From assembly GCA_963977445.1 (NCBI GenBank), contig CAXBPH010000204.1, positions 1 through 12,757 on the forward strand: a stretch of DNA of 12,757 nucleotides, written 5' to 3'. This DNA is from an uncultured bacterium. Its GTDB lineage: Bacteria > Hydrogenedentota > Hydrogenedentia > Hydrogenedentales > JAEUWI01. The notes beneath the pieces were generated by a model. It did not search any database and had not been told where the DNA came from. It saw only the letters and a program-made list of their open reading frames with translations. The position numbers and the translations under genes were made by a program. Of the stretch, positions 1 to 6,321 are shown one piece after another; within the stretch, counting starts at the first letter, position 1, and every line of letters begins with the position of its first letter.

Positions 1-201
1 ATCTCTTTCGCTTCGTTTCCCCACGCCCCGCGACACGATAATGTTTCTTGATAGTACCTGATTGAGGGGGATCGACGCTATTTCGTTCCCCGGTCGGAAA
101 GGGGTATACTCTTGCGTAGAACAAGCGCCCGCCCGGCGCGCCCCGCTGCCTGAATCCTCACCCTGCACAAATTAAAAATCCATTGTTGGAGTTGCCGTTA
201 G

Positions 202-786
202 ATGAGTACCCCTGAAAAACTGGATGTCCCTGTTGTTGTTGTTTCCGGATTGCCCCGTTCCGGCACCTCCATGATGATGAAAATGCTGGATGCCGGCGGT
301 ATCCCCGTGTTAACCGACAAGATTCGTACCGCCGATGAAGACAACCCCAAGGGCTACTACGAGTTTGAGCGGGTCAAGCAGATCGCGACCGACCAGGCAT
401 GGCTCCCCGAGGCCCGGGGCAAGGTCGTGAAAATCATTTCCTTCCTGCTCCTGAAGGCCCCCCCCACCTACCGCTACAAGGTGATATTCATGCGCCGGGC
501 GCTGCCGGAAGTGCTCGCCTCCCAGCAGCAAATGCTGCTACGTCGGGGCGACACCTCCCCACAAGATGATGTACGCATGGCCGAACTCTACGAGAAGCAT
601 TTGACCATGGCCCATGCCTGGCTGGAGAAGCAGCCCAACGTCGAGGTGCTGTATGTCGACCACCGGCAGGCGGTGGAATCCCCCCTGGAAACCGCACAAC
701 GTGTGGCAGCCTTTCTCGGCGGGGACATGGATCCCACCGTGATGGCCGCCGAAGTCGACGCCAAACTCCACCGTCAGAAAACCTAG
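202..786 (+). CDS. Sulfotransferase-family protein (194 aa)
   Basis: N-terminal 5'-PSB/P-loop-like motif VVSGLPRSGTSMMM, followed by NPKGYYE and KVIFMRR...EVLASQ (3'-PB-like), typical of small bacterial sulfotransferase-family proteins. GGAG lies upstream of ATG 202. Confidence 0.85.
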   Translation: MSTPEKLDVPVVVVSGLPRSGTSMMMKMLDAGGIPVLTDKIRTADEDNPKGYYEFERVKQIATDQAWLPEARGKVVKIISFLLLKAPPTYRYKVIFMRRALPEVLASQQQMLLRRGDTSPQDDVRMAELYEKHLTMAHAWLEKQPNVEVLYVDHRQAVESPLETAQRVAAFLGGDMDPTVMAAEVDAKLHRQKT

Positions 787-795
787 GAGGGACGG

Positions 796-1146
796 TCAGG
801 GCGTCGAGTCTGCCCGCTCCTTCACGGCAACCCGCATGACGGTCACTTTGGCCCGATGGTGGTGCCCCTCCTTGCAGCAGCCCCGAGACTTTTCGTGCCC
901 GCAATGGCAGCGAATTTGCGCGAGACAGTCCATCGTTGCGTCATCATGATAATAGACCGTCGCCATGGGAAACTTACTGCACAGCTCCTCCATGACATGA
1001 CCGACCTCGCGGGTCGAACAAATCCGACTCTCCAGCTTCCCCCGTGCGTAGAGGGTAACCTCCAACTCGCCATCCGGCAAGTCACTGTGCAGCCCGCTGG
1101 CAATGTAGGCGGCACCTTTCCATGATTCGCGAAACTTTTCGTGCAT
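796..1146 (-). CDS. Hypothetical protein with Cys/His-rich C-terminal part (116 aa)
   Basis: ATG at 1146 has a GAGGTG Shine-Dalgarno (complement of 1155-1160) 8 nt upstream. The ORF ends 9 nt from the stop of the convergent sulfotransferase without overlap. No family recognised. Confidence 0.55.
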   Translation of the reverse strand: MHEKFRESWKGAAYIASGLHSDLPDGELEVTLYARGKLESRICSTREVGHVMEELCSKFPMATVYYHDDATMDCLAQIRCHCGHEKSRGCCKEGHHHRAKVTVMRVAVKERADSTP

Positions 1147-1356
1147 AACAAGTACACCTCATGCGTTTCGCCCATTCTCCCAAAGCCCAAGTAAACCTCT
1201 ACCTATTCTATGCCTAAATTGCTATTTTAGGTTCAAAAAAATGGCCCATTGGACGGGAAACATTGCGATTGTCGCACCTTGGAACACATTCGACGCGTGC
1301 AGCCCGGTAATTACTTGACGAATACGAGGAATAGGGAGAGGAATGGCCTGCGGAAC

Positions 1357-1386
1357 TTGCACCACTCGACCCCGCTGCGCTATAGT
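1357..1386 (+). promoter_or_regulatory. Candidate sigma70 promoter for tRNA-Leu
   Basis: TTGCAC (1357-1362), 18-nt spacer, TATAGT (1381-1386), about 90 nt upstream of the tRNA. Confidence 0.45.
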
Positions 1387-1476
1387 TCAGCCGCTTTGAC
1401 GCACCAATTCAGTTAGACCTTTTTCCGCACACGACGACACCAACACCCCCAACAACGTCGTGGCGACACCCTACTC

Positions 1477-1563
1477 GGGCGAGTGGTGAAATCGGCAGAC
1501 ACGACGGACTTAAAATCCGTTTCCAGCAATGGAGTGCGGGTTCGATTCCCGCCTCGCCCACCA
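1477..1563 (+). tRNA. tRNA-Leu, anticodon TAA (UAA), 87 nt, CCA encoded
   Basis: Acceptor stem GGGCGAG/CTCGCCC. Anticodon stem ACGGA/TCCGT with loop CT-TAA-AA (anticodon 1511-1513). Long variable arm. T arm GCGGG-TTCGATT-CCCGC. Discriminator A1560 and CCA 1561-1563. Confidence 0.97.
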
Positions 1564-1571
1564 TAGTAAAT

Positions 1572-1610
1572 AAAGGCGATCCTCGATACACGGGGATCGC
1601 CTTTTTTGTT
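1572..1610 (+). terminator. Rho-independent terminator after tRNA-Leu
   Basis: 14-bp stem AAAGGCGATCCTCG (1572-1585) / CGGGGATCGCCTTT (1591-1604) with one G-U pair, loop ATACA, running into a T-tract (TTTTTTGTT, 1602-1610). Confidence 0.85.
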
Positions 1611-1621
1611 CGCCTGGATTG

Positions 1622-1642
1622 ATGAAGCACGCATGAAGCACG
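1622..1642. repeat. Tandem 10-bp direct repeat ATGAAGCACG x2 (11-bp period)
   Basis: ATGAAGCACG at 1622-1631 and 1633-1642, about 60 nt after the tRNA 3' end. Confidence 0.7.
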
Positions 1643-1660
1643 GGGGCGCGTCCACCGATG

Positions 1661-1690
1661 TTGTCGGTTCTGGGGTCCTGCTGGTACTAT
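1661..1690 (+). promoter_or_regulatory. Candidate sigma70 promoter (extended -10) for the nuclease array
   Basis: TTGTCG (1661-1666), 18-nt spacer, TACTAT (1685-1690) preceded by TG-n. It lies downstream of the tRNA terminator and upstream of the RBS at 1721-1726. Confidence 0.4.
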
Positions 1691-1732
1691 CTGAGCTGGC
1701 ATTCTGGACAACAACCTTCGGGGGGACATTTT

Positions 1733-1840
1733 GTGTTACTGCTTTCGCTTAAAGGGTTTCGGCGTCGTCTGAGTCTTGCCCAACATGTACTGCGTCATTG
1801 CACACCGGCCCCTCGGGTGGTCAGCGGGGTTGCTTCATGA
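1733..1840 (+). CDS. Leader micro-ORF 1 (35 aa, MLLLSLKGFRRRLSLAQHVLRHCTPAPRVVSGVAS), probable diverged homologue of the two downstream micro-ORFs
   Basis: GTG 1733 with GGGGGA 6 nt upstream. The stop TGA overlaps the next ATG (ATGA 1837-1840). Aligns without gaps over the first 21 codons to micro-ORF 3 (L4, L6, R11, L13, A16, L20, R21), then PAxRxV. Confidence 0.4.
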   Translation: MLLLSLKGFRRRLSLAQHVLRHCTPAPRVVSGVAS

Positions 1841-2760
1841 GTACACACGGTAAGACGGTACGTATTTATCTCGCCGATGGCTCGCCTACGGGCATCCGTC
1901 ACGCCGAGGTGGTCAACTGGACCGGGCAGGCCATTGTGTGTCCACGCGCACGCATTGGAGAGTTGTCGAATTGGGCGGAATCGCAGCGTCCGGGGATCTA
2001 CATCCTCTTTGGGGAAGACCCGGAGAATTCGCGTCCCTTGGCCTACATCGGTGAGGCGGAGAATGTGTTTGTCCGCCTGAAGCAGCACGCTAAGGGTGAG
2101 AAAGATTTCTGGGATCAGGCCGTCTTTTTTACGAGCAAGGACGACAATCTCACCAAGGGGCATGTCAAATACCTTGAGGCTCGTGTGGTAACCCTCGCCA
2201 CCGAGGCCAATCGATTTGCATTGGCGAACGGAGCTGCACCGACACAGTCAACATTGCCCCGCCCTGACCGAGACGCTATGGAAGAGTTTCTGGAGCCTGC
2301 ACGCATCCTCTTGGGCGCCCTCGGATTCACCTTGTTAGAGCCTGTTCGACGCAAGAAAGTTGATGAAACGAGCAACGATAGCGACGGACCGCTGTCCCAT
2401 GTCACCCTTTACCTGAACAAGCCGAAGTACGGTGTTGAAGCCGAGGGAATCTGGACGGACCAAGGTTTTGTCGTGTCAAAGGGCTCCATTGGTGCCCACA
2501 AACTCAACGGACAGCTCAGCTCAGGCTGGATCAAGCGGCGCGAAGAATTGATAGCTGAGGGATCGATAGAAGTTTTGGGAGAGCAAATTCGATTTACCAA
2601 GGATGTACTCTTCAACAGTCCTACCGCCGCTTCATGCACGGTGTCAGGCGGTGGAAGAAATGGCCGCATGTCATGGAAAGATCAACATGGTACGCCGCTG
2701 CGCGACTTGGAGAATGCTTTCTTAGGCAATGATTCCCCCGAAGACGAAGGAACCAACTAA
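1837..2760 (+). CDS. GIY-YIG nuclease family protein with C-terminal DUF4357-type domain, copy 1 (307 aa)
   Basis: GIYIL...AYIGEAE...RLKQH...YLE...NG, the GIY-YIG catalytic pattern. C-terminal FVVSKGS...DVLFNSPTAAS...GRNG..SWK is the DUF4357-type pattern. Start moved from 1798 to ATG 1837 by alignment with copies 2 and 3. Confidence 0.88.
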   Translation: MSTHGKTVRIYLADGSPTGIRHAEVVNWTGQAIVCPRARIGELSNWAESQRPGIYILFGEDPENSRPLAYIGEAENVFVRLKQHAKGEKDFWDQAVFFTSKDDNLTKGHVKYLEARVVTLATEANRFALANGAAPTQSTLPRPDRDAMEEFLEPARILLGALGFTLLEPVRRKKVDETSNDSDGPLSHVTLYLNKPKYGVEAEGIWTDQGFVVSKGSIGAHKLNGQLSSGWIKRREELIAEGSIEVLGEQIRFTKDVLFNSPTAASCTVSGGGRNGRMSWKDQHGTPLRDLENAFLGNDSPEDEGTN

Positions 2761-2763
2761 CCT

Positions 2764-2859
2764 ATGTCCCATTTGCTCCTGGCAGAACTCCAATATCATT
2801 TCTGGCGAGCGGCGTATTTTCTCCGTGGTCCCGCCGACCGCAACGTGGTGTCTCCATGA
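2764..2859 (+). CDS. Micro-ORF 2 (31 aa, MSHLLLAELQYHFWRAAYFLRGPADRNVVSP), HsdM N-terminus-like
   Basis: ATG 3 nt after the stop of copy 1. TGA overlaps the ATG of copy 2 (ATGA). 18/31 residues identical to micro-ORF 3, with the same length. Confidence 0.55.
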   Translation: MSHLLLAELQYHFWRAAYFLRGPADRNVVSP

Positions 2860-3770
2860 GTGGTCACGGAAAAGTTGTTCGTATCCTACTGGCCGATGGT
2901 TCACCGGCGGGCATCCGGCACGCAGAAATTGGAAACTGGACGGGACAAGCGATTGTTTGTCCACGCAGTCGCATTGGGGAACTGTCGGAATGGCCTGAGT
3001 CGCAGCGCCCAGGGCTCTACGTGCTCCATGGGGAAGATCCGGAGAGTTACCGACCGATGGCCTACATCGGTGAGGCGGAAAATGTGTTGGTGCGCCTGAA
3101 GCAGCATGTAAAGGAGAAGGACTTCTGGGACCAGGTCGTTTTTTTCACCAGCAAGGACGACAATCTCACCAAGGTTCACGTAAAATATTTGGAGTCGCGG
3201 GTGGTAGAACTCGCTAGCGTCGCAGAGCGCATTCGACTGGAAAATGGCAACATTCCGGTCCGCCCCATGCTTCCTCGGACAGATTTGGCGGCCACAGAAG
3301 AATTCATCGAGCTAGCACGAATTCTGCTGGGTGCCCTGGGTTTTCATTTTCTGGAAGCACTCCCGAGCCGAACGGAAGGCGAAGTGTCAATGGGACTCAA
3401 TGGACCGCTGTCACACATCACCTTGTACTTCAACATTCCCAAGCACGGTGTCAAAGCCGAGGGCATATGGACGGATGAGGGATTCATCGTCGCTGAAGGC
3501 GCAATTGGCTTGAAAGAGATTAAGGGTATCCTCAGTCCAGGTTGGGTTAAGAGGCGCATGGACCTGATTCAAGAGGGCACATTCGTTGAATCGGGCGAAC
3601 ACAGACGGTTGACCAAGGACGTACTCTTTAGTAGTCCGTCTGCCGCCACTGATATTATCAGTGGTCTTGGGAGAAATGGCCGAATAAGTTGGAAAGACAA
3701 GAACGGCACCACGTTGGCCGAGCTGGAAGAAGCCCTATTGAATACCACCGACAACGAAGGACATGTATAA
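2856..3770 (+). CDS. GIY-YIG nuclease family protein with C-terminal DUF4357-type domain, copy 2 (304 aa)
   Basis: GLYVL...AYIGEAE...RLKQH...YLE...NG; C-terminal DVLFSSPSAAT...GRNGRISWK. Paralogue of the flanking genes. Confidence 0.88.
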   Translation: MSGHGKVVRILLADGSPAGIRHAEIGNWTGQAIVCPRSRIGELSEWPESQRPGLYVLHGEDPESYRPMAYIGEAENVLVRLKQHVKEKDFWDQVVFFTSKDDNLTKVHVKYLESRVVELASVAERIRLENGNIPVRPMLPRTDLAATEEFIELARILLGALGFHFLEALPSRTEGEVSMGLNGPLSHITLYFNIPKHGVKAEGIWTDEGFIVAEGAIGLKEIKGILSPGWVKRRMDLIQEGTFVESGEHRRLTKDVLFSSPSAATDIISGLGRNGRISWKDKNGTTLAELEEALLNTTDNEGHV

Positions 3771-3773
3771 CCC

Positions 3774-3869
3774 ATGCCCCAACTGACCCTACCCGAACTT
3801 GAACGCCATCTGTGGAAGGCCGCTGACCTGCTCCGTGACCCCGCCAACCGTATCGTGGTGTCTCCATGA
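3774..3869 (+). CDS. Micro-ORF 3 (31 aa, MPQLTLPELERHLWKAADLLRDPANRIVVSP), HsdM N-terminus-like
   Basis: ATG 3 nt after the stop of copy 2, with an ATGA overlap into copy 3. LTLPELERHLWKAADLLR matches the familiar start of type I R-M methyltransferase subunits (LE.HLW.AAD.LRG). Confidence 0.65.
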   Translation: MPQLTLPELERHLWKAADLLRDPANRIVVSP

Positions 3870-4822
3870 GTGGTCACGGCAAGACGGTACGTATTTATCT
3901 CGCAGACGGCTCTCCCACCGGTATTCGGCATGTCGAGGTGGACAACTGGACCGGGCAGGCGATTGTCTGCCCCCGCGCACGGATTGGAGAGCTTTCGAGG
4001 TGGACCGAGTCCCAACGGCCTGGGCTCTACATGCTTCTGGGGGAAGACCCTGAGTTTTCCCGCCCCATGGTCTATATCGGCGAAGCCGAGAATGTGCTCA
4101 CGCGCTTGAAGCAACATGTAGCCAAGAAGGAGTTCTGGGACCAAGTGATTTTCTTCACCAGCAAGGACGACAACCTCACCAAGGCTCACGTCAAATACCT
4201 GGAATCGCGAACCGTGGAACTGGCTACCAAATCCATGCGCCGGGCACTGGACAATGGAACCGCTCCTCCGCCGTCAGCCCTCCCGCGTCCCGACCAAAAC
4301 GCCATGGAGGTGTTTTTGAATACGGTCCGCATGCTCCTCGAAACACTCGGCGTATCCCTGCTGGAGCCCATCTCCCACAGGCAGCCCGATGCTACGACTG
4401 GTCCAGCTCCTGACAACGCTCACGATAACGGAAAAGGCCCTCTTTCCAACATACCGCTATATTATCGACTCCCTCGTTTTGGTGTCGAAGCGACGGGTTA
4501 CGTAACCGACGAGGGTTTCGTAGTAGCCGAAGGTTCCATCGGCTCAAAAAAAGTCTGGCCATCGTTGAGTCCTAGCCACGAACAACTTCGTAACGACTTG
4601 CTCACGCGCGGCGATATCGAGGAATCTAGTAAGCACATTCGCTTCCCCCGCGATGTACTGTTTACCACGCCCTCTATCGCATGCAGAGTGATCTCTGGCG
4701 CCGGTGCAGGCGGTCGCACCAGTTGGAAAAATCAGCGCGGCACGACGCTACGTGACCTGGAAAACGAACTCGCAGGCGTTACGTCCGAAGCCGACACACC
4801 GGAAGAAAATGGGGACGACTAG
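3866..4822 (+). CDS. GIY-YIG nuclease family protein with C-terminal DUF4357-type domain, copy 3 (318 aa)
   Basis: GLYML...VYIGEAE...RLKQH...YLE...NG. Longer interdomain linker. C-terminal DVLFTTPSIAC...GAGGRTSWK, the most divergent of the three. Confidence 0.88.
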   Translation: MSGHGKTVRIYLADGSPTGIRHVEVDNWTGQAIVCPRARIGELSRWTESQRPGLYMLLGEDPEFSRPMVYIGEAENVLTRLKQHVAKKEFWDQVIFFTSKDDNLTKAHVKYLESRTVELATKSMRRALDNGTAPPPSALPRPDQNAMEVFLNTVRMLLETLGVSLLEPISHRQPDATTGPAPDNAHDNGKGPLSNIPLYYRLPRFGVEATGYVTDEGFVVAEGSIGSKKVWPSLSPSHEQLRNDLLTRGDIEESSKHIRFPRDVLFTTPSIACRVISGAGAGGRTSWKNQRGTTLRDLENELAGVTSEADTPEENGDD

Positions 4823-4824
4823 AC

Positions 4825-4990
4825 TTGCCACACTTATGGCGGATGTTTCCTGAGGCGAAGGCAACGTTGAAGCTGTGGAAGGTCGACCATTGAGTAGTGC
4901 AGTCGTACGGGGCATATCGGAAGTGCTTACGGTGCTGGTCCAACACGAAAAACTCTATGCGTCAGCACAGCGCCCGGGCTTGTATTTCTT
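4825..4990 (+). pseudogene. Probable eroded fourth [micro-ORF + GIY-YIG] unit
   Basis: TTG 4825..TGA 4893 gives LPHLWRMFPEAKATLKLWKVDH and shares CTGTGGAAGG with micro-ORF 3. Its stop overlaps TTG 4890 (TTGA), whose frame reads LSSAVVRGISEVL...SAQRPGLYFF. QRPGLY (4968-4985) is the motif leading into the GIY element of copies 2 and 3. Confidence 0.45.
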
Positions 4991-5117
4991 TCGGCCCGAA
5001 GGGTCAACGCAGCGTAGCCCAGGGCAACGCCCTGGGAAAATAAGGTAACGTATTTTATCGCCCTGAAGGGGCAACGCAGTTCCTCTTTCTCACTTACTGC
5101 ACTGCACTTTCAGGGCG
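4991..5117. repeat. REP/REPIN-like composite palindromic element
   Basis: Direct repeats TCGGCCCGAAGGGTCAACGCAG (4991-5012) and TCGCCCTGAAGGGGCAACGCAG (5058-5079), 19/22 identical. Perfect hairpin CCCAGGGC-AAC-GCCCTGGG (5018-5036). Inverted copy at 5097-5117 (17/21 identical to 5059-5079). Confidence 0.6.
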
Positions 5118-5167
5118 GGCTGACTGCCCCGGGATAAAGGCACGTTGTTTTTACGTCTTCGACGTAA

Positions 5168-5192
5168 TGCCGGCGGGCCGCCGGCGCTCCCA
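5168..5192 (-). repeat. Single REP-like palindrome of a second type (TGGGAGCGCCGGCGGCCCGCCGGCA on the minus strand)
   Basis: 7-bp GC stem GCCGGCG/CGCCGGC (5169-5185) with a GGAG-containing foot on the minus strand. Intergenic, between convergent genes, with no U-tract. Confidence 0.4.
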
Positions 5193-5427
5193 ATTTCCAA
5201 TTTTGGAAGCTGGCAACCGCAAGCCTTGGAAATTGTCCGAGATGAATCAGGGCTTATCTGCGTGATGCAACTCTCACCCATAAAGCCGTTCGTTTTACTC
5301 ACGTCTGTATAGGTGGCACCCAAAACGTTTCTTGAAATGACCGAAGAATGCGAGGCCAATAAAAAATTCTGGAGATGCCAAAATCAGGCGCTGTCGAATG
5401 CCTATGGATGCATTACGCACCCCGTTC

Positions 5428-6321
5428 CTACGATACTTCATCATTTCGGCTGGCTGAGCGCACTGACCGTATATACCACCAGCCCAATCCCAGTGACAGG
5501 GCACAGAGAACATGCCAGAAGGCGTGGCCCTGGTACCAGGCATCGGGTCCGCTGAATTGCCCGGCCACGTCGCGTTGACGGCAGATTACCCCGGCGACGA
5601 GGGCGAGGAAAGAGGCTACCAGCCAGCCGATTCGGGCATGGGGTCGGAAGTACAGGCGGTCCAATGCGTAGAAGAGGACGAGGACGAGTATGTGCAGGGG
5701 CAGGACCCGCCCGGAGGACATGGACCATTTGTATACGTAGAAGTAGATGGCCGCCACGCACACGGCCGCAATAAGCAGCAAGGTCAGGAAGGCCTCGGTG
5801 CGCAGTGCATGTAGATTGAAGGCCTTCAACCCGTTTCGGTGGAGCAGCATGGTCATGAGGGCCAGCATGGGGGGATACATGGATGCCACGTCGAGTTGTT
5901 GTCCCCAGCGCGTGAGGGAGGCGTGGAAAATGCCGCTGCCGATTCCCAGATAGCAGCAGGCAACGCCGAAGAGGAGGGTCAGGGCCGGGGGCGTGTTGCC
6001 TACGTGGGCCGAGAGCCAGGCGAAGCCCTTGCGGCGGTCCCGTTCGCCCAGGGCCAGGGCATACAACCCCACGAGCACAAAGGCGAGATTGGACCAGGTA
6101 TTCGCACGGGTCCGGAAGATACTTTCGATGTAAACGGTCTCGCTGTAGTGGGCTTTTCGTAATTCCCCACTTTCGCGCAGGTGCTCCCATACATTCACAT
6201 CGGCGTAAAAATAGAAGGCCGCCGCCAGCAGGAAAATCAGCAGCAGGAAGGCACCCAGTACACGCAGGTGAAGGGCGATGGTGGTCCGCCGACCGCAATC
6301 TCCTTGGGACGTGCTTTCCAC
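5428..6321 (-). CDS. Ceramidase-like integral membrane hydrolase (CREST superfamily), 297 aa
   Basis: Several hydrophobic segments plus the CREST/alkaline-ceramidase motifs NTWSN, SGIFH (SxxxH), QQLD and GHAFWH (HxxWH). GTG start directly after the upstream TAA, with GGAG just before it. Confidence 0.8.
   Translation of the reverse strand: MESTSQGDCGRRTTIALHLRVLGAFLLLIFLLAAAFYFYADVNVWEHLRESGELRKAHYSETVYIESIFRTRANTWSNLAFVLVGLYALALGERDRRKGFAWLSAHVGNTPPALTLLFGVACCYLGIGSGIFHASLTRWGQQLDVASMYPPMLALMTMLLHRNGLKAFNLHALRTEAFLTLLLIAAVCVAAIYFYVYKWSMSSGRVLPLHILVLVLFYALDRLYFRPHARIGWLVASFLALVAGVICRQRDVAGQFSGPDAWYQGHAFWHVLCALSLGLGWWYIRSVRSASRNDEVS

Larger units (their letters stand above)
1733..4822 (+). 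repeat. Tandem triplication of a ~1.0 kb [micro-ORF + GIY-YIG/DUF4357 gene] unit
   Basis: Gene starts at 1837, 2856 and 3866 (spacings 1019 and 1010 nt). The proteins are colinear over their full length. Identical nucleotide tracts of 22-26 nt are shared between copies. Confidence 0.9.

Noticed and set aside
1658..1732. 5' extension of the 60-aa ORF 1658..1840
   Set aside because: It overlaps the candidate promoter and lacks an RBS. GTG 1733 has an RBS and aligns with the other micro-ORF starts.
1733..1750. Leu-rich leader with TTA as codon 2 next to tRNA-Leu(UAA), suggesting attenuation or bldA-like control
   Set aside because: Micro-ORFs 2 and 3 have no TTA, no attenuator hairpins are evident, and the Leu content is explained by an amphipathic helix.
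1798..1836. Track start (TTG 1798) giving a 320-aa copy 1
   Set aside because: Paralogues begin at MS(T/G)HGK. ATG 1837 matches them and has the same ATGA overlap.
2764..3869. A functional hsdM gene or complete type I R-M system
   Set aside because: Only about 22 HsdM-like codons are present per unit. No methyltransferase motifs, hsdS or hsdR are in the window.
1733..4822. CRISPR array, DGR or shufflon as an explanation for the repeats
   Set aside because: The repeats are whole diverged genes. There is no repeat-spacer periodicity, reverse transcriptase, adenine-specific TR/VR pair, invertase or inverted recombination sites.
5090..5427. Short ORFs between the array and the CREST gene (e.g. 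5090..5359 -)
   Set aside because: They run through REP-like palindromes and lack an RBS or motifs. Treated as intergenic.
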